From assembly GCA_964035545.1 (NCBI GenBank), contig OZ037772.1, positions 10,786,818 through 10,850,817 on the forward strand: a stretch of DNA of 64,000 nucleotides, written 5' to 3'. Positions 50,701 through 64,000 of the stretch are shown piece by piece. A program made the position numbers and the translations under genes. Position 1 is the first letter of the stretch. Each line of letters starts with the position of its first letter. This stretch comes from Bugula neritina. Taxonomy: Eukaryota; Animalia; Bryozoa. The notes under the pieces were generated by a model. That model worked only from the letters and a program-made list of their open reading frames with translations, was not told the DNA's origin and did not search any database.

Positions 50701-53163
50701 TCTGAGTTGCTATTTGAGCAGGTCATGTGAAACACTTAACGGCGCCTGTCAAATATTTGTTGATAAAGATGTCAGGAGGTTATCAGCCAACATTTTCAGC
50801 AAAAAACATCATAACTTAAATAAAAAAGACTAGCTATCAGCATATAACTAAATAGGTCAGTATATATTATATAGGTCAACTTAATAAATAAACACGGACT
50901 AGTGAGTGCATAATATCTTATTAGGTCTTCTGCACATCATTAAAAAGATTGAGATTTGCAGCTAACTTTAAACAAATATAATAAACAATTTAATGATATA
51001 AACTGACAGAGAAGGCATCTTGAAGCACGTATAATGCATTTCTAGCAGAGGTGTAACTTTTTGTATTTACAAAAATCTAATGCAAGGAAACTCTTGAGTT
51101 TCGGATGATCAAAAAAGCTGCAGAAGACCTTTCAACGTACCCACAGTGGGCAAAGTTAGGGGGTACCTTGACCCCCCCTACCGGAAGTCATGTTTACCTG
51201 AAACGCAGCATACTCAGCATCTTCACCACCATCCTTGCTTCTGATTGGCTGATTCTGAGTCTCAGTCTCACTCAGTGATTTCAGACTGTCTAATAAAAAA
51301 ATTGAAATCGCCAAATTACAGCAAACAGGTTACAAAAATAGTTATTACTGTCAGCTCTTTGGTCAGATAGTCAACATGTGTAGAGAATATTGATATCAAA
51401 ATGCAGTTCTGTTGACAAACATAAAATCAGTCAATATCATGAGTTCAAAGCATAAAAGTTACATATACTGTATTGGACAAATATAAGATAGTCATATTAG
51501 CTACAAGAATGCATTATGACCAGAAACAGTTGTGTTGTATAAGCTGGTTGATAATATTGTTTCATATAAAATGTTCTAATATAAAATTATAATAACAAAC
51601 TAACTAAATTTGTAGTTGAGTAACAGCAAAATGATTTCATTACACAAGTTACTAATGCTTTATATTATACAAGATTAAAATAAAATAATAAATTACCATT
51701 AGTAAGTGCAATGACCTCTACCAGATTATCTCTCAGCTCTAGTAATTCCTCAGAATTATTCCCACCAGCTTCCAACGCCTGATTTACTTGTCTCAACTAC
51801 AGCAGAATTACAATGAAGGAACTCATAACTATTTTAAAAAGCAAACATGTGTGTTACTATTTTTTTACAAACATTAAATAACTCATTAGGACTTCCAACC
51901 TGAATTTCTAACAATATTATTCCCCCATTTTTAGGAGCGGTCTTACCCATTAAGGTTCAGCTCCGATAACTTAAACAGCTACCCAAGCATGACTTAGGCA
52001 GCTAGAGTAGAGTGTTTGGATATACAATAATATGCTTTCACAGTGTATTAGTTGTGTGGAAAATTATTATTGAAAATATTTAACAGTAGAAAATAAAGCT
52101 GGAATAAACTCACAACATTGCTAACTTTATTCTAGAGATCTGAAACTCACTTTCAGACTGCTAGATTAATGAGCAGTAGTGACTAAATATCCATCACAAA
52201 ATCTTATATAAAACTGAACTGAAATAACTAAGTAAACAGTTATACATACTAATAATAATTAGTAGTAGCAGTTAAAAGAAAACTTGTAATAAAACCTCTG
52301 CATAGCAGTAACATCCATATTTTAAAGCAAATCTTAAACTCACACTAACACTGCGAAAGAAATGTGTAAGAGTAGTACATTAATAGTATGAATATCAGTA
52401 TGATTTGAATTAGAATAGAAATAATGATACTATCTATTATCATATTATTTAAATTTGCCATTAACATGTATAGCTAATAAACACCAATAAGACAATGATG
52501 ATGTCTGGTCTACCATTTATTTAATCAATATCAGTATTTTTATATTACATTATTGTACTTATAGTCTAAAACAGTCATTAATAACTTATAATTATATTTA
52601 ATACTGAATGTAGTCTTCATCGCCAGCAATTACTGTCAAAAATATTATTAACAGTCAACTGAAAATGTTAAAACGTAAAACTAACAATAAAAGTAAATCA
52701 GAATGAGAATGTAATACATAATTTGTGTGAACAGTCTAACTCTATTATTGGAACTAACAGTAACATAACTCTAAGACTAAGACTAAGAGTTAGAGTAACA
52801 CTAACTATAAGTCCAATACATGTTGTAACAACAAGAGTATCAGTAACACCAGCTGTAAGAATCAGAATAAGAATGACTATCACTATGAAAATGACTATTA
52901 GTATCAGTATCACTATCACCATCAGACTCAGTATGAGTACTGGTCCGAGTATGAGTGATAAGATAAAGATTGGGTGCAAATGAAACTGGAGGTAAGGTGT
53001 AACTTGCGAACTCTGAGTGTAAAATTTTCAATCAGTTAGAGGCCTTAAAGTTAAACCAGCGGTTATTGCACACTGAAACACAAAATGAAAATGATAAGTT
53101 GAAAAACCTACTTACTTGATCTTTGTAGGTTTTTAAGGTATCCTTCAAAGTATTTGCATCCAT
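45425..53163 (-). CDS. ZGPAT: Zinc finger CCCH-type with G-patch domain protein, 506 aa
   Basis: Minus exons 53116-53163, 51697-51796, 51198-51289, 50142-50250, 49915-50006, 49415-49572, 48764-48939, 47803-47936, 47183-47291, 46576-46746, 46081-46187, 45425-45649 in phase. CCCH finger [20 protein letters not shown], Tudor-like [15 protein letters not shown]-patch [35 protein letters not shown]-terminal coiled coil ending KKLSIF*. Confidence 0.95.
46870..47070 (-). mobile_element. tRNA-derived SINE, near full-length copy in ZGPAT intron
   Basis: caattatgactggatgctcttcctaacatcaccaatg core, ttcaaacccatgact (B box), ctaaaccacagct (A box on minus), tail gtttatagtc...ccttgtgagaa. Confidence 0.8.
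47450..47785. repeat. (TA)n microsatellite
   Basis: ~330 bp of near-pure TA in a ZGPAT intron. Confidence 0.98.
48929..49368. repeat. 28-bp minisatellite (cagctaactacagtacagagtaaacact), ~15-16 copies, spanning a ZGPAT splice acceptor
   Basis: The array fills most of intron 48940-49414; its terminal unit is the functional acceptor plus the first ~11 nt of exon 7. Confidence 0.95.
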
Positions 53164-54008
53164 ATAATCAGAAACAAGCGCACTACATTTGCAAACAAGA
53201 GCTATTTAACCTAAATTAAAAAATTGAAAGAAATAAATAGTTTAATATTTCAATAAAATAACTTTAGTATTGTTTACTTTTTATAGATTTTCGGCTATTC
53301 GTCCATTTAGGATTTTCCATTAGCTTTGTCTGCAATAAACGTCTGAGCGCGACTCGCTAGCAATAGATCAACTTGGACAGTGCTGCGATGAACCATGAAT
53401 ATAATATTATTAGGACAGACATTTAAATTTAATAAAAGAATTAACATTTTTTTACATTTTCAAAGCAGTTTTCAAAATATTTTTTCTAAGGCAGTATAGA
53501 ATAATATTGTCTTCGCTACCATGACAATTTTGATTGACCAATTATATCGCTGATTTAAAACACCAAAACATCATACACGTGCGTTTTTCACGGAACAAGC
53601 TTGTCACCGTATCATTCCATTACAAATGCCAGGTCTGGTACTACTGCAATTTGACGTCGTAGTGAATGAAGTGGAACTGATTTGGACAGCCTTAATTAGT
53701 TACCATTCTAATAGTAATAATCATCACAATAACGTTCCTTGATCATTCTTTAGCAGTTTATCATTTGCTGGTGATTCGGTAAGTACTAAATAGCTTTTAT
53801 TTACTACGTGGTGTCATGGCGATCGGACGCTAAATTTTTATGATTTGAGTTCTTTACCAAATTGGGTTCAAAATTATACATAATTAGGGATAGCCTCTAG
53901 TTTAAAAATATTTTTCAAGCATTTATAGGTACCAGGGTATTTACGAAATTATTTAAATAATTCAATTAGTTTATACAATTTATTTTACACTGCCACCACC
54001 GTACCAAG

Positions 54009-55019
54009 ATGACCAAAAGTAAAAAAATAGAATCTCAGCCAGTGAACTCTGAATCAAAACGACTTGAAGATGGGCAGGCGGATAATAGGGGTAGCAACAT
54101 CGATATCAGTAGTAACCATGAGGAAAGATGTGCCACATGCAATGAGACAGATTGCACTCTCCAAGGGAGGAACAACAGGCAAATCAAGGTTCTCACTAAG
54201 TGGATTACCTGTGATCTCTGCAACCAATGGTACCATGGAATATGCCAGGACCTGCAGCCAGCTGATGTATCGTGCATAACTAAGTTGGCAGAGAAAGGCG
54301 TGAGCTGGAAGTGCAGTGACTGCAGAGATAAAACAGAAAACAGCCTACATGTAGAGAGTCTAACACAGCCCATGACTCAAAAAACAACACAGCAGATTGA
54401 CAACATAGAGAGGATAGTGAAGGTAATTGCTGAACAAAGCCATAAATTGAGTGAGATGGAACAGAAGTGGTCCGATGTCGTCAAGCAAAATCTTGAGAAC
54501 ATTGACAAGAATAAACAGATTGCGGCGGATGCAAAAACATTGATAGAAAAGAGTCACCAACTGAGGGAAGAAGAAAGTAGGAAGAGCAACGCTATCGTTA
54601 CCGGGGTCACTGAGAAAGATGGTAAAACAGCAATGGAGCAGGTACAAGAACTAATGAGAATGGAATGTTTTACCAAAACCAACTCACCAACTCAGGCTTT
54701 TAGGCTAGGAAAAAAAACAGAAAATGATGTACAAAAACGTCCAATCAAGGTGAGATTTGAGGATGAGCAATCAAAATGGGAGTTCGTTAAAAGGTTCAAC
54801 AATCAAATACTGAGAGAACAAGGTATTTACTGCAGACTTGATGAAAGCAAAGAAATCCGAAATCAACAATTCCAGCTGAGAAAGGAAGTTAACAGGCTTA
54901 GAGAGGAAAATACATCTATAGCATATCGAGTGAGAGACATGCATATACAAGAAAAGCAAGCCTCGGGGGAATGGAAAATAATGAAACAAGTCCAGCAAAA
55001 GAGAGTGACGGAATGCTGA
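54009..55019 (+). CDS. LINE ORF1 protein (PHD finger, coiled coil, RRM-like/L1-type C-terminal region), 336 aa
   Basis: CATC...WITCDLCNQWYHGIC...WKCSDC is a C4HC3 PHD finger; RKSNAIVTGV...FRLGK...RPIKVRF is typical of CR1/L2 ORF1. Confidence 0.92.
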   Translation: MTKSKKIESQPVNSESKRLEDGQADNRGSNIDISSNHEERCATCNETDCTLQGRNNRQIKVLTKWITCDLCNQWYHGICQDLQPADVSCITKLAEKGVSWKCSDCRDKTENSLHVESLTQPMTQKTTQQIDNIERIVKVIAEQSHKLSEMEQKWSDVVKQNLENIDKNKQIAADAKTLIEKSHQLREEESRKSNAIVTGVTEKDGKTAMEQVQELMRMECFTKTNSPTQAFRLGKKTENDVQKRPIKVRFEDEQSKWEFVKRFNNQILREQGIYCRLDESKEIRNQQFQLRKEVNRLREENTSIAYRVRDMHIQEKQASGEWKIMKQVQQKRVTEC

Positions 55020-57742
55020 AAGTATTCCTCGCCAACACTAGATCTGTTAAAGGTAAAACCACTGAACTGCAATTTCTCACCACAGATTCTGACATAATTT
55101 GTCTCACTGAAACACACCTAGATGACACAATACCTAATAGCAATATTCTACCAATCAAGAACAAAACAGTATTTCGTCGTGATCGCAACATTTGTGGGGG
55201 AGGAGTTATGGTGGCTGTATGCGACCGTTTAAATCCCAAACTAGTAGATCTTAGTGAGTATAGGGAAGAGGTGGTAGCAGTGAAAATTCAACCACGAATG
55301 GTCATCTGCTGTTACTACAGACCTTATGTACATCTCTCCAACACAGATGTTATAAATGATATTTTGGATTACCTACAAAGAGAGTATCAAAGGCACACTA
55401 TTTTGTTTGTTGGAGATATGAACTTTCCAGGGATTGACTGGAATACAAAAGCAGTAAAGCCCTTGACCCCATACAAAAAGATTCATCAGAATTTTCTTAA
55501 TGTACTAAATAGCCATAAAATGACTCAAGTGGTAAAAGGATCAACACACCTTCTTGGTAACACGCTGGACTTAATATGCACCAACCAGCCTAACGTTATA
55601 TGTGACACTGAGATCATAAGCCCAGGTCTTAGTGATCATTCATTGATCATTACTCATGTCCAAAGTGCAACCACCGCTACCATGAGAAAACCACAAACTT
55701 TCCGGCTGTACAAGAAAGCCAATCAAGAAGCATTTCAGGAAGATATGCAAAAAACATCAGAGGCATTAGCAGTTTTGGAGGACCCAGAGGAAATGTGGAA
55801 TCTCTTCGCGGAAAACTTACAAAGAAGTATTGGTCAGCACGTCCCAATCAAGCAGCTGAAATCACCCCACCCCTCTGTCCCAGAGTGGTTCAATAAAAAA
55901 GCTATGAAAATCAAAGAGAGAGTAAGGAAGGCACATAGGCGATCCAAAGTCAACTCAAATAGCTTTGATCGTGAACAGTACAAAAAACTGAGAAGAGACG
56001 GGAAGAAAGAGCTGGAAGTAATACGAAAAACCTTTTACACAAACAGAATATATCGTCCACTAAAAAGAGGGAACTCAAAGCCTTTCTTCAAACTGCTTAA
56101 AGCAGACAAAAACAAAAGACAAGAGCTATTGGTACTGAAGGACGATCAAAATATAGTGACGGAAGATCCTGTCCAATGCGCTGAGTTGTTGAACACTTTT
56201 TTCCAGAGTCAGTTCCAGCTGGGCTTTATGGCAGAAGACTTCTCAAGGATCGAAACCGATGCCCAAGATTCTATTGATGTTACACCAGAAGGGGTTGCCA
56301 AACTTATCCAAAATTTGCCAAATGGAAAATCGCCAGGACCTGATGGAATTCGAAAGCCTGACATGCTCATAGACTTGGAGGGTACTGCTAGATGTCTTGC
56401 TCTGATCTACAAAAGTTCCTTAGACACAGGTAAACTGCCAAAACAGTGGAAACTTGCAAATGTCACACCAATACATAAAGGCGGGGGCAGTGAATCTCCA
56501 AACAACTTTAGGCCCGTATCCCTGACAAGTATTCCCTGTAAAATGATGGAGCACATCGTGCTTCATCACCTCAATGAAAAGCTTGACAGTGTGCTTCACC
56601 ATCGACAGCATGGTTTTAGGAAAGGACTGTCCTGCCAAACTCAACTGTGTGTTACCTACCATGACCTAGTAAAAGCAGCCGATGAAGGACATACTACCCA
56701 TGCAGTAGTTATGGATTTCAAAAAGGCTTTTGACAAGGTACCTCACCTTATGTTGCTCCAAAAATTACAAGAGATACCGGGTATAAATGGATACCTCCTT
56801 AACTGGATACTCGATTTTCTTTCCGACCGACAGCAGTCTGTTGTACTTAGAGGGGCAAGCTCTCAAAAGTGCCGAGTAACCTCAGGAGTGCCGCAGGGAT
56901 CTGTGCTAGGCCCAATCCTGTTTTTGTGCTATATAAATGATCTTCCGGATTTGTTGTCATGTAAAGTCAGCCTCTATGCTGATGACACTCTACTTTACCA
57001 AACTGTGAACACCACTAAGGATGCAGAACTATTCCAAACTAATATTAACGCTGTATATGAGTGGTCTCTAAAATGGAAAATGCCCTTCAATGAACAGAAA
57101 TGCCAAGCAATTAATTTTGGTAAGGTAACCCCTATATCACACTACAAACTCGGTATCACATGCCTTGCGTGGGTACAAAGCACTAAATACCTTGGGGTAA
57201 CCATCCAGTCAAACCTAAAGTTTGATCAACACATAAATAACAAGTGTACCAAGTCCCGGAAAATTCTTGGCGGCATCAAGCATTTGATGTATGATGCCCC
57301 AAAAGATGCTAAGCTATTGGCTTATACAAGTCTATGTAGGCCTATACTCGATTATGCGGATGTGGTTTGGGATCCTGCGGCTAGGGGTAAAGTGCATGAT
57401 ATAGAGCTGGTCCAGAACAGTGCCATACGATTTATAAGCGATATGAAGGGACGTGCTGACAGTGTTTCTGAGGCGAGGGATGAGTTAGGACTCCGGTCGC
57501 TGGAAGACAGACGAAAAAATCATCGACTGTGTTTGCTGACCCGAATTCTTCAAAATGAGGATCAACACCAGTCTCTATCCAGAGCCTATGACGAAATAAT
57601 TGAAGGCAGGGAACTTGCAACTGTAACCACTCGAGCGGCTGCCAGAGGAGAGCTTATCTCTATATCATCTAGGAAAAACTTATTCCACACTAGTTTTCTA
57701 CCACGAACAATTCGTGAAATGCGCGGAGAATATAATAACTAA
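55013..57742 (+). CDS. LINE ORF2 protein: APE endonuclease + reverse transcriptase, ~909 aa
   Basis: APE motifs ANTRS, CLTETHL, GDMNFP, LDLI, SDH; RT motifs KSPGPDGI, NFRPVSLTS, QHGFR, DFKKAFDKV, GVPQGSVLGP, YADD, KYLGV; C-terminal SFLPRTIRE. ATG 55013 overlaps the ORF1 stop (ATGCTGA); an in-frame ATG also exists at 54971. Confidence 0.95.
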   Translation: MLKVFLANTRSVKGKTTELQFLTTDSDIICLTETHLDDTIPNSNILPIKNKTVFRRDRNICGGGVMVAVCDRLNPKLVDLSEYREEVVAVKIQPRMVICCYYRPYVHLSNTDVINDILDYLQREYQRHTILFVGDMNFPGIDWNTKAVKPLTPYKKIHQNFLNVLNSHKMTQVVKGSTHLLGNTLDLICTNQPNVICDTEIISPGLSDHSLIITHVQSATTATMRKPQTFRLYKKANQEAFQEDMQKTSEALAVLEDPEEMWNLFAENLQRSIGQHVPIKQLKSPHPSVPEWFNKKAMKIKERVRKAHRRSKVNSNSFDREQYKKLRRDGKKELEVIRKTFYTNRIYRPLKRGNSKPFFKLLKADKNKRQELLVLKDDQNIVTEDPVQCAELLNTFFQSQFQLGFMAEDFSRIETDAQDSIDVTPEGVAKLIQNLPNGKSPGPDGIRKPDMLIDLEGTARCLALIYKSSLDTGKLPKQWKLANVTPIHKGGGSESPNNFRPVSLTSIPCKMMEHIVLHHLNEKLDSVLHHRQHGFRKGLSCQTQLCVTYHDLVKAADEGHTTHAVVMDFKKAFDKVPHLMLLQKLQEIPGINGYLLNWILDFLSDRQQSVVLRGASSQKCRVTSGVPQGSVLGPILFLCYINDLPDLLSCKVSLYADDTLLYQTVNTTKDAELFQTNINAVYEWSLKWKMPFNEQKCQAINFGKVTPISHYKLGITCLAWVQSTKYLGVTIQSNLKFDQHINNKCTKSRKILGGIKHLMYDAPKDAKLLAYTSLCRPILDYADVVWDPAARGKVHDIELVQNSAIRFISDMKGRADSVSEARDELGLRSLEDRRKNHRLCLLTRILQNEDQHQSLSRAYDEIIEGRELATVTTRAAARGELISISSRKNLFHTSFLPRTIREMRGEYNN

Positions 57743-58501
57743 TTACAAAACAGCAAATGCTGTAACTAGTGCTAACCCTGGTCCAATGTAAGTTTTCACT
57801 AGAGGCTTCCCTATAGACTTTCCAGTTGCTGCGGAAGTCCTACCTCAACTGAGGTAATAAACTGAGGTAATATTCAACTTTTTCAAGTCGAGGCAGTAGA
57901 ATTATTCATTAATTACTGAATTAGGCATTCAGTTTCACATTCAATGCTTATACTTATAGTTTCATTATTTTTTTTAAAATTCATTCAATTTCAAATTGAT
58001 ATCGAAATTGAATTTGATAATTACTCCAAATTCTTATTCAATTTCACAACTATAATAACAAATTATAGTATTCAACTTCATACTGATATTGATATTAACT
58101 TTAATAGTAATAGTAATACTATTAGTATTAATATTAGTATTATTATTTATTTCTATCGCAGTATTAATCTTGCATTCGTTTTGAGGATTAAAGATAATAT
58201 TTATGTTACTATTAGTATTACTATTAAACTCAGTATTACTAATACTAATAGTAATACTATTAGTATTATTAATTGGTATAACTAGTCTATAAGTATAGGT
58301 ACTATAATTATTACTCTTAGTATTAGTATTACTAAGAGTATAATTACTAAATTACTAATAGTATTAGTTATAGTAAATAAAATACTAATTTTAGAGTTTA
58401 AGACTGTTCGTTTTAAATTTAATGGTATTAGGTTTCTGTTGGACATACTAGTTTTGTCTTTGATGTATCAAATATGTATGTCTATTAGTGCAAGCTCAAG
58501 A

Positions 58502-62030
<3,529 letters not shown>

Positions 62031-62399
62031 GTATGTCTTAAAGTAGTGAGTAGTACTAGTGTAGTTAGTATAGTGAGTAGTACTAATTGTAGTTAGTATA
62101 GTACTAGTTGTAGTTAGTGTAGTGAGTTGTAGTCAGTATAGTGAGTAGTACTAGTTATTGGTTTAAATTATGTCAGTTATGTTGAAAAAATCAGTGAAAA
62201 AGTATCTGATTGGGGTTGCGATTCCTTTATTGATGGTAAAACATAATTATGTGAAGTCAGTAGTTACTACAGAGTATACAGTCACACTACAGAATTATAC
62301 AGTAACTACTACAGAGTATACAGTTACTACTACAGAGTATACAGTAGCTACTACAGAATATATACAGTAACTACTACAGAGTAGAGACGACATAATATT

Positions 62400-62857
62400 A
62401 TAGACTATAGAGTATAGACTACAGAGTATAGGCTATAGAGTATAGACTATAGAGTATAGACTATAGAGTATAGACTACAGAGTATAGACTATAGAGTATA
62501 GACTACGGAGTATAGACTACAGAGTATAGACTAAAGAGTATAGACTATAGAGTATAGACTACAGAGTATAGACTATAGAGTATAGACTACACAGTATAGA
62601 CTACAGAGTATAGACTATAGAGTATAGGCTAAAGAGTATAGACTACAGAGTATAGACTACACAGTATAGACTATAGAGTATAGACTACAGAGTATAGACT
62701 ACAGAGTATAGACTACAGAGTATAGACTACAGAGTATAGGCTACAGAGTATAGACTACACAGTATAGACTATAGAGTATAGACTACAGAGTATAGACTAC
62801 AGAGTATAGACTATAGAGTATAGACTATAGAGTATAGGCTATAGAGTATAGGCTAAA
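62400..62857. repeat. 14-bp minisatellite (tagacta[c/t]agagta), ~32 copies
   Basis: Tandem array preceded by related 21-bp actactacagagtatacagta units at 62260-62385. Confidence 0.95.
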
Positions 62858-64000
62858 GTGCTGTAAAGTTCTTATCAATGCTTGCTGTATCTGAGCTAAC
62901 CCAGTTAATTATATTGTACCATTGATACTGTGCATACTGTGTATAGTAATACACTTCCTTGTTGACTTAATTTAATGCTCAAGAGTTTCACTCCATCATG
63001 CAATGTTAGTTTTTGACTTTCTTATCTCACTGTGATTGTTATTGTTTGCTAGCCACTTGAAGCAGGGTGTGTTTAGCTACTTAGTTCCCTATTCCCTCTT
63101 TCTGTGTTTAATTTGTTAAACTACATTCTTGGTGTTTAATGTCACCATAGAAACTGAAATTTGAAACCAATTTAGAAAGGACATTATTGGAATCACTAAA
63201 TTTTAGTTTTGACATCAACCAGGAAAAGCTGAGGGGTTGGGGAATTAGAGACTCCAGGAAGTTATGTAATGGTAGCATTAGTTAACAGAAAACCAATGCA
63301 ATTGGTTATGTTTGATTGATTAATTGGTTTAATAAATATTACAGACATGCAAGCTCGTTGCAAAATTGTTGAGTCTGGTTTATAATAGAATATATTTAGA
63401 GGTATGTTAGTTATATGGTGTAATGTATATGGTTTAAGGGGGATAAAGGGATTATTTAAATTCCAAACCCAATATTTGACCCCTGGGTGACTAATATCAC
63501 TCCCATCCACTTCCTTTAGTGTCTTTACAGTCTCCAATTGAGTTGATGAATTGGAACTGTGGCATGACTCGTAACTTCCTGTTCATAAAGTCTTCTAGAA
63601 AACTTAACATAGTTGGGATAAGTAGCTGTATCTATATTTAGACTAGGAAATATAGACTTCTCCAGAATGTGGTATATTCCCTGTAAAAGTTGTTTTTTAC
63701 AGTTTCATAATAAAGTATGTGATGAATAGGTGGCCACTTGCCAGCTTGGGAATATTGGAGTTGCATCCCCAAAAGGCTCTTTCAACTCCCACCAAGTTAC
63801 TAAAAAATCGATATGTTTTGTGTGGTTCAACTTAATTATTTTTCATTCAGTAACAGTAGCAGTTGAAATTAGTGTCTCTGGATTAGGAGGTATAATTGCA
63901 ATTCTTCCTTATAGCCCGTAATGGCCGATTTTCCCATTTTCTTTAGGGAAAGATAACCCCGATATTGCATCATTATTTGCTACAAAAGATTCGAGTTTTT

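Larger units (their letters stand above)
53989..57872 (+). mobile_element. Apparently intact non-LTR retrotransposon, CR1/L2-group LINE
   Basis: Two uninterrupted ORFs and higher GC than the flanks. The 3' end has a stem-loop (gactttcc...ggaagtc, 57816-57839) and a 13-bp tail repeat aactgaggtaata x2 (57847-57872) instead of poly(A). 5' boundary is approximate; no target-site duplication seen. Confidence 0.93.

Noticed and set aside
52698-53031. Hydrophobic membrane-protein-like ORFs (also 57944-58285)
   Set aside because: Low-complexity hexamer-like intronic sequence open in several frames, with no splice or domain support.
54035-57620. Antisense and alternate-frame ORFs inside the LINE
   Set aside because: Shadows of ORF1 and ORF2 with no recognisable motifs.
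57743-57872. This LINE as the mobilising partner of the local SINE family
   Set aside because: The LINE 3' stem-loop and tail show no visible similarity to the SINE tail.
63244-63582. Possible MITE (attagagactccaggaagttatg vs agtctccaat and cgtaacttcctg)
   Set aside because: The inverted matches are short and not collinear, with no clear termini or target duplication.

Overview
AT-rich, intron-containing DNA from an invertebrate animal; the species cannot be determined from the sequence. I rebuilt the gene models by hand from splice sites and codon phases. In order: (1) the 3' part of a MEKK2/3-like MAP3K on +, with a 2-nt frameshift in its last exon; (2) an 8-exon minus-strand gene encoding one protein with two complete tandem Bcl-2-family units (BH4-BH3-BH1-BH2 twice, duplicated intron phases, BH1 glycine replaced by Glu or Gln, no clear membrane anchor), the most unusual item here; (3) Pin1 on +, head-to-head with that gene, with a long N-terminal extension and a candidate WW-less isoform; (4) a ~2,500-aa, 24-exon AJM1 homologue on minus; (5) ZGPAT on minus; (6) an apparently intact CR1/L2-group LINE lying in sense orientation in the first intron of (7) an unidentified + strand gene that runs off the window. 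Introns carry a tRNA-derived SINE family, a MITE, a probable Tc1/mariner fossil and many mini/microsatellites, several of which are tandem amplifications of real splice sites.
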